Origin: Methylorubrum extorquens
GTDB taxonomy: Bacteria; Pseudomonadota; Alphaproteobacteria; Rhizobiales; Beijerinckiaceae
Reading direction: 5' to 3'
NCBI GenBank assembly: GCA_900234795.1
Contig: LT962688.1
Coordinates: forward strand, 480,001 to 512,000
Length of the DNA: 32,000 nt
In this document: positions 30,069-32,000 of the stretch, piece by piece
How the letters are laid out: every line of letters begins with the position of its first letter
Position numbering within the stretch: position 1 is the stretch's first letter
Notes under the pieces: generated by a model
Database searches by the model: none
Told to the model about the DNA's origin: nothing
The model's input: only the letters and a program-made list of their open reading frames with translations
Made by a program: the position numbers and the translations under genes

Positions 30069-32000
30069 ATGAAAACCGGTATTCGCACGCGTCTCTACGG
30101 CGGATTTTCAGCATTGGTCGCCTTGTCCTGCGGTATGGGGGCGTTCTCCTACACGCAGCTCGACAGTCTCGACGAGATGTTCCGTGCGCGGGCTCAGCTC
30201 GAATCCGCAGCCCGGACCCTCTACACCATCAATGGTCTGTCCGACCGGTTGATCGGTCAGGCTGCCCAGTACAGGCTGACCCAGGCGCCCGACTACACGA
30301 CCGGAATGTTCGCGTCGTTGGACTCGATCCGGCAGGGCTCCGAGAAGCTCATCGAGAGCACACCGAGCGCGGAGCGGCGCGCGGCCTATGAGCGGCTTCG
30401 GGATCAGTCCACCGATCTCGGCAAGGCGCTGCCGAAGCTGGTCGAACTCGGCGCGCAGATCCGCGAGAACCGGGCCGGCGTCTACGCCAACGGCGACGAC
30501 CTGACCAAGGCCTCCGGCGTCCTCGTCGCCCAGTTGCGGGCCACGGGCCAGGATGCGCTGATCGCTCAGGCCGTGGAGGTCGAGCGCACGCTGCTTCTGT
30601 TCCGCATCATGAACTGGCGCTTCCTTGCCACCAAGGATCCGAAGGGCCGTGCCCTCTCGGCCAACGCCTTCGGCAACGCCGAGGCGGCCCTGGCGAAACT
30701 GAAGGCTCTCGATCTCGCCGCCGCCGACCAAGAGACGGCAAAGCTCGTCGGCGAGACCCTGAACCGGCTCAACAAGAGCATCGTCGCCGCCTCACAGGCC
30801 ATCGTCGAAAGCGAGGCGTTCTTCGAGGAGACGCTGAAGCCCAGGGTGGACGGTATCAACGCGACGGGCCTGTCGGTGCGCAGCAAGCTCGAGACGGCGC
30901 TTCAGGACGGAGTCGAGCAGAGCAACGCCCTGATGACGCGGGCGAAGACCGTCCAGCTCATCCTGCTCGGCCTGATCCTGGCGACCGGCGCCGCCCTGGC
31001 CTTCCTGATCGCCCGCAGCCTGATCCGCCCGATCTCGGGGATGACCGCCGCGATGAGCCGCCTCGCCGCGGGCGAGACGGCCATCGAGGTGCCGTCTCGG
31101 GACGCGGTGGACGAAATGGGCCGGATGGCCGAGGCGGTCGAGGTGTTCCGGCAGAACGCCGTGGCCCGCATCGAACTCGAGGCGGAGCGGGTGGCCCAAC
31201 AATCCGCCCGCCAGCGCCGGGCCGACCGTGTCGATGGGCTGGTGCGCGGTTTCGAGGAAAAGATCGCGGCCTCCATCGCCATCGTGACCTCGGCGGCGAC
31301 CGAACTGGACAGCACCGCCCGATCGATGACGCAGGTCGCCGACAACACCAACGGGCAGGCGGTCGCCTCCAGCGCCGCGGCCGAGGAAGCCACTGTCAAC
31401 GTGCAGACGGTCGCCGCAGCGGCCGAGGAGATGGTCGCCTCGCTCAGCGAGATCGAGCGGCGCGTCCAGCAATCCAACGACGTGGCGGGTCATGCCAGCC
31501 ACGAGGCCCGGACGACGACCGATTCGATGAGCCATCTCAGCCGCGCGGCCGAGAAGATCGGCGAGGCGGTGACGATGATCTCCGGGCTCGCGAGCCAGAC
31601 GAACCTGCTCGCCCTCAACGCCACCATCGAGGCGGCGCGGGCCGGCGAGGCGGGCCGCGGCTTTGCCGTCGTCGCCACCGAGGTCAAGGAACTCGCGGCG
31701 CAAACCGCCCGCACCACGGAGGCGATCTCCGATCAGGTCAGCGCGATCCAGACCGCCTCGACCCAGGCACTCGGCGCGATCCAGCAGATTGGTCGGACCA
31801 TCGTCTCGGTCAACGACATCACCGCCTCGATCGCGGCAACCGTCGTACAGCAGACCGCCGCGACCAACGAGATTGCCCGCAACGCCTCCGAAGCAGCCCG
31901 CGGCACCCAGGACGTATCGATGAGCGTCGCACAGGTACAGGCGCTGTCGAGCGAGACCGGATCGGCCGCGCAGCAGGTGATGATGGCCTCGTCCGAGCTC
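30069..32000 (+). CDS. Methyl-accepting chemotaxis protein, 3'-truncated by the window end
   Basis: The frame is open from the ATG at 30069 to the window end (644 codons, read by hand). There are two TM segments, a HAMP region ([25 protein letters not shown]...[15 protein letters not shown]) and the conserved signalling hairpin [39 protein letters not shown]. It is not in the ORF track because it has no stop. Confidence 0.88.
   Translation, partial: MKTGIRTRLYGGFSALVALSCGMGAFSYTQLDSLDEMFRARAQLESAARTLYTINGLSDRLIGQAAQYRLTQAPDYTTGMFASLDSIRQGSEKLIESTPSAERRAAYERLRDQSTDLGKALPKLVELGAQIRENRAGVYANGDDLTKASGVLVAQLRATGQDALIAQAVEVERTLLLFRIMNWRFLATKDPKGRALSANAFGNAEAALAKLKALDLAAADQETAKLVGETLNRLNKSIVAASQAIVESEAFFEETLKPRVDGINATGLSVRSKLETALQDGVEQSNALMTRAKTVQLILLGLILATGAALAFLIARSLIRPISGMTAAMSRLAAGETAIEVPSRDAVDEMGRMAEAVEVFRQNAVARIELEAERVAQQSARQRRADRVDGLVRGFEEKIAASIAIVTSAATELDSTARSMTQVADNTNGQAVASSAAAEEATVNVQTVAAAAEEMVASLSEIERRVQQSNDVAGHASHEARTTTDSMSHLSRAAEKIGEAVTMISGLASQTNLLALNATIEAARAGEAGRGFAVVATEVKELAAQTARTTEAISDQVSAIQTASTQALGAIQQIGRTIVSVNDITASIAATVVQQTAATNEIARNASEAARGTQDVSMSVAQVQALSSETGSAAQQVMMASSEL

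Noticed and set aside
30047-30391. 114-aa ORF at the start of the chemoreceptor region
   Set aside because: It is off-frame relative to the open MCP reading frame that starts at 30069, and its composition is R-rich.
1-32000. CRISPR arrays, rRNA genes, IS elements with terminal inverted repeats
   Set aside because: No regularly spaced direct repeats of 25-40 bp, no rRNA-like conserved stretches and no transposase-like ORFs were seen on reading either strand.

Overview
High-GC (about 70%) alphaproteobacterial DNA, Rhizobiales/Methylobacteriaceae-like by gene content (inference). It has two parts.

(1) Positions 1-20306 are an integrated prophage-like element. Its right end abuts tRNA-Asn(GTT).
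- The layout is lambdoid. A CI/LexA-type S24 repressor (12648..13292) sits between two divergent early operons.
- The rightward (+) operon (13732 to 20229) carries small unknown genes, a C2H2 zinc-finger protein, a YqaJ-type exonuclease, a winged-helix regulator, an ASCH protein and a tyrosine integrase next to the tRNA.
- The leftward (-) operon (12564 to about 4024) starts with a Cro-like gene. It then carries a DUF2829 (Tad2-type) protein, an Acb2/Tad1-like protein, a GapR (DUF2312)-like protein, RusA, an orphan N6-adenine methyltransferase, an iteron-bearing putative replication region, a PD-(D/E)xK-like protein and a zinc-less MucR/Ros homologue.
- Left of 4024 lie low-GC (about 50%) cargo genes: an RHH fusion protein and an unknown two-gene cassette that includes a membrane-anchored protein. 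A second, Cre-like recombinase follows.
- No capsid, tail, terminase or lysis genes are in the window, and I could not find the left att repeat.

(2) Positions 20307-32000 are ordinary chromosome: tRNA-Asn, tRNA-Cys, pcm, tolC, popZ (DUF2497), valS, a DUF2459-like gene, degP/htrA and the 5' 644 codons of a methyl-accepting chemotaxis protein.

The most interesting signals:
- adjacent sponge-type anti-defence candidates (Acb2-like and Tad2-like) surrounded by unknown small genes;
- the unassignable low-GC cassette at 1566..3215;
- two nucleoid-associated-protein homologues (GapR-like, zinc-less MucR) in one prophage;
- a shared CTTAC-N5-GTAAG operator overlapping both early promoters;
- an ori-like G-tract, palindrome and 9-bp iteron array.

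All functional calls come from reading the translations by eye. No searches were run. Many long ORFs in the track are antisense or off-frame artefacts of high GC and were rejected.
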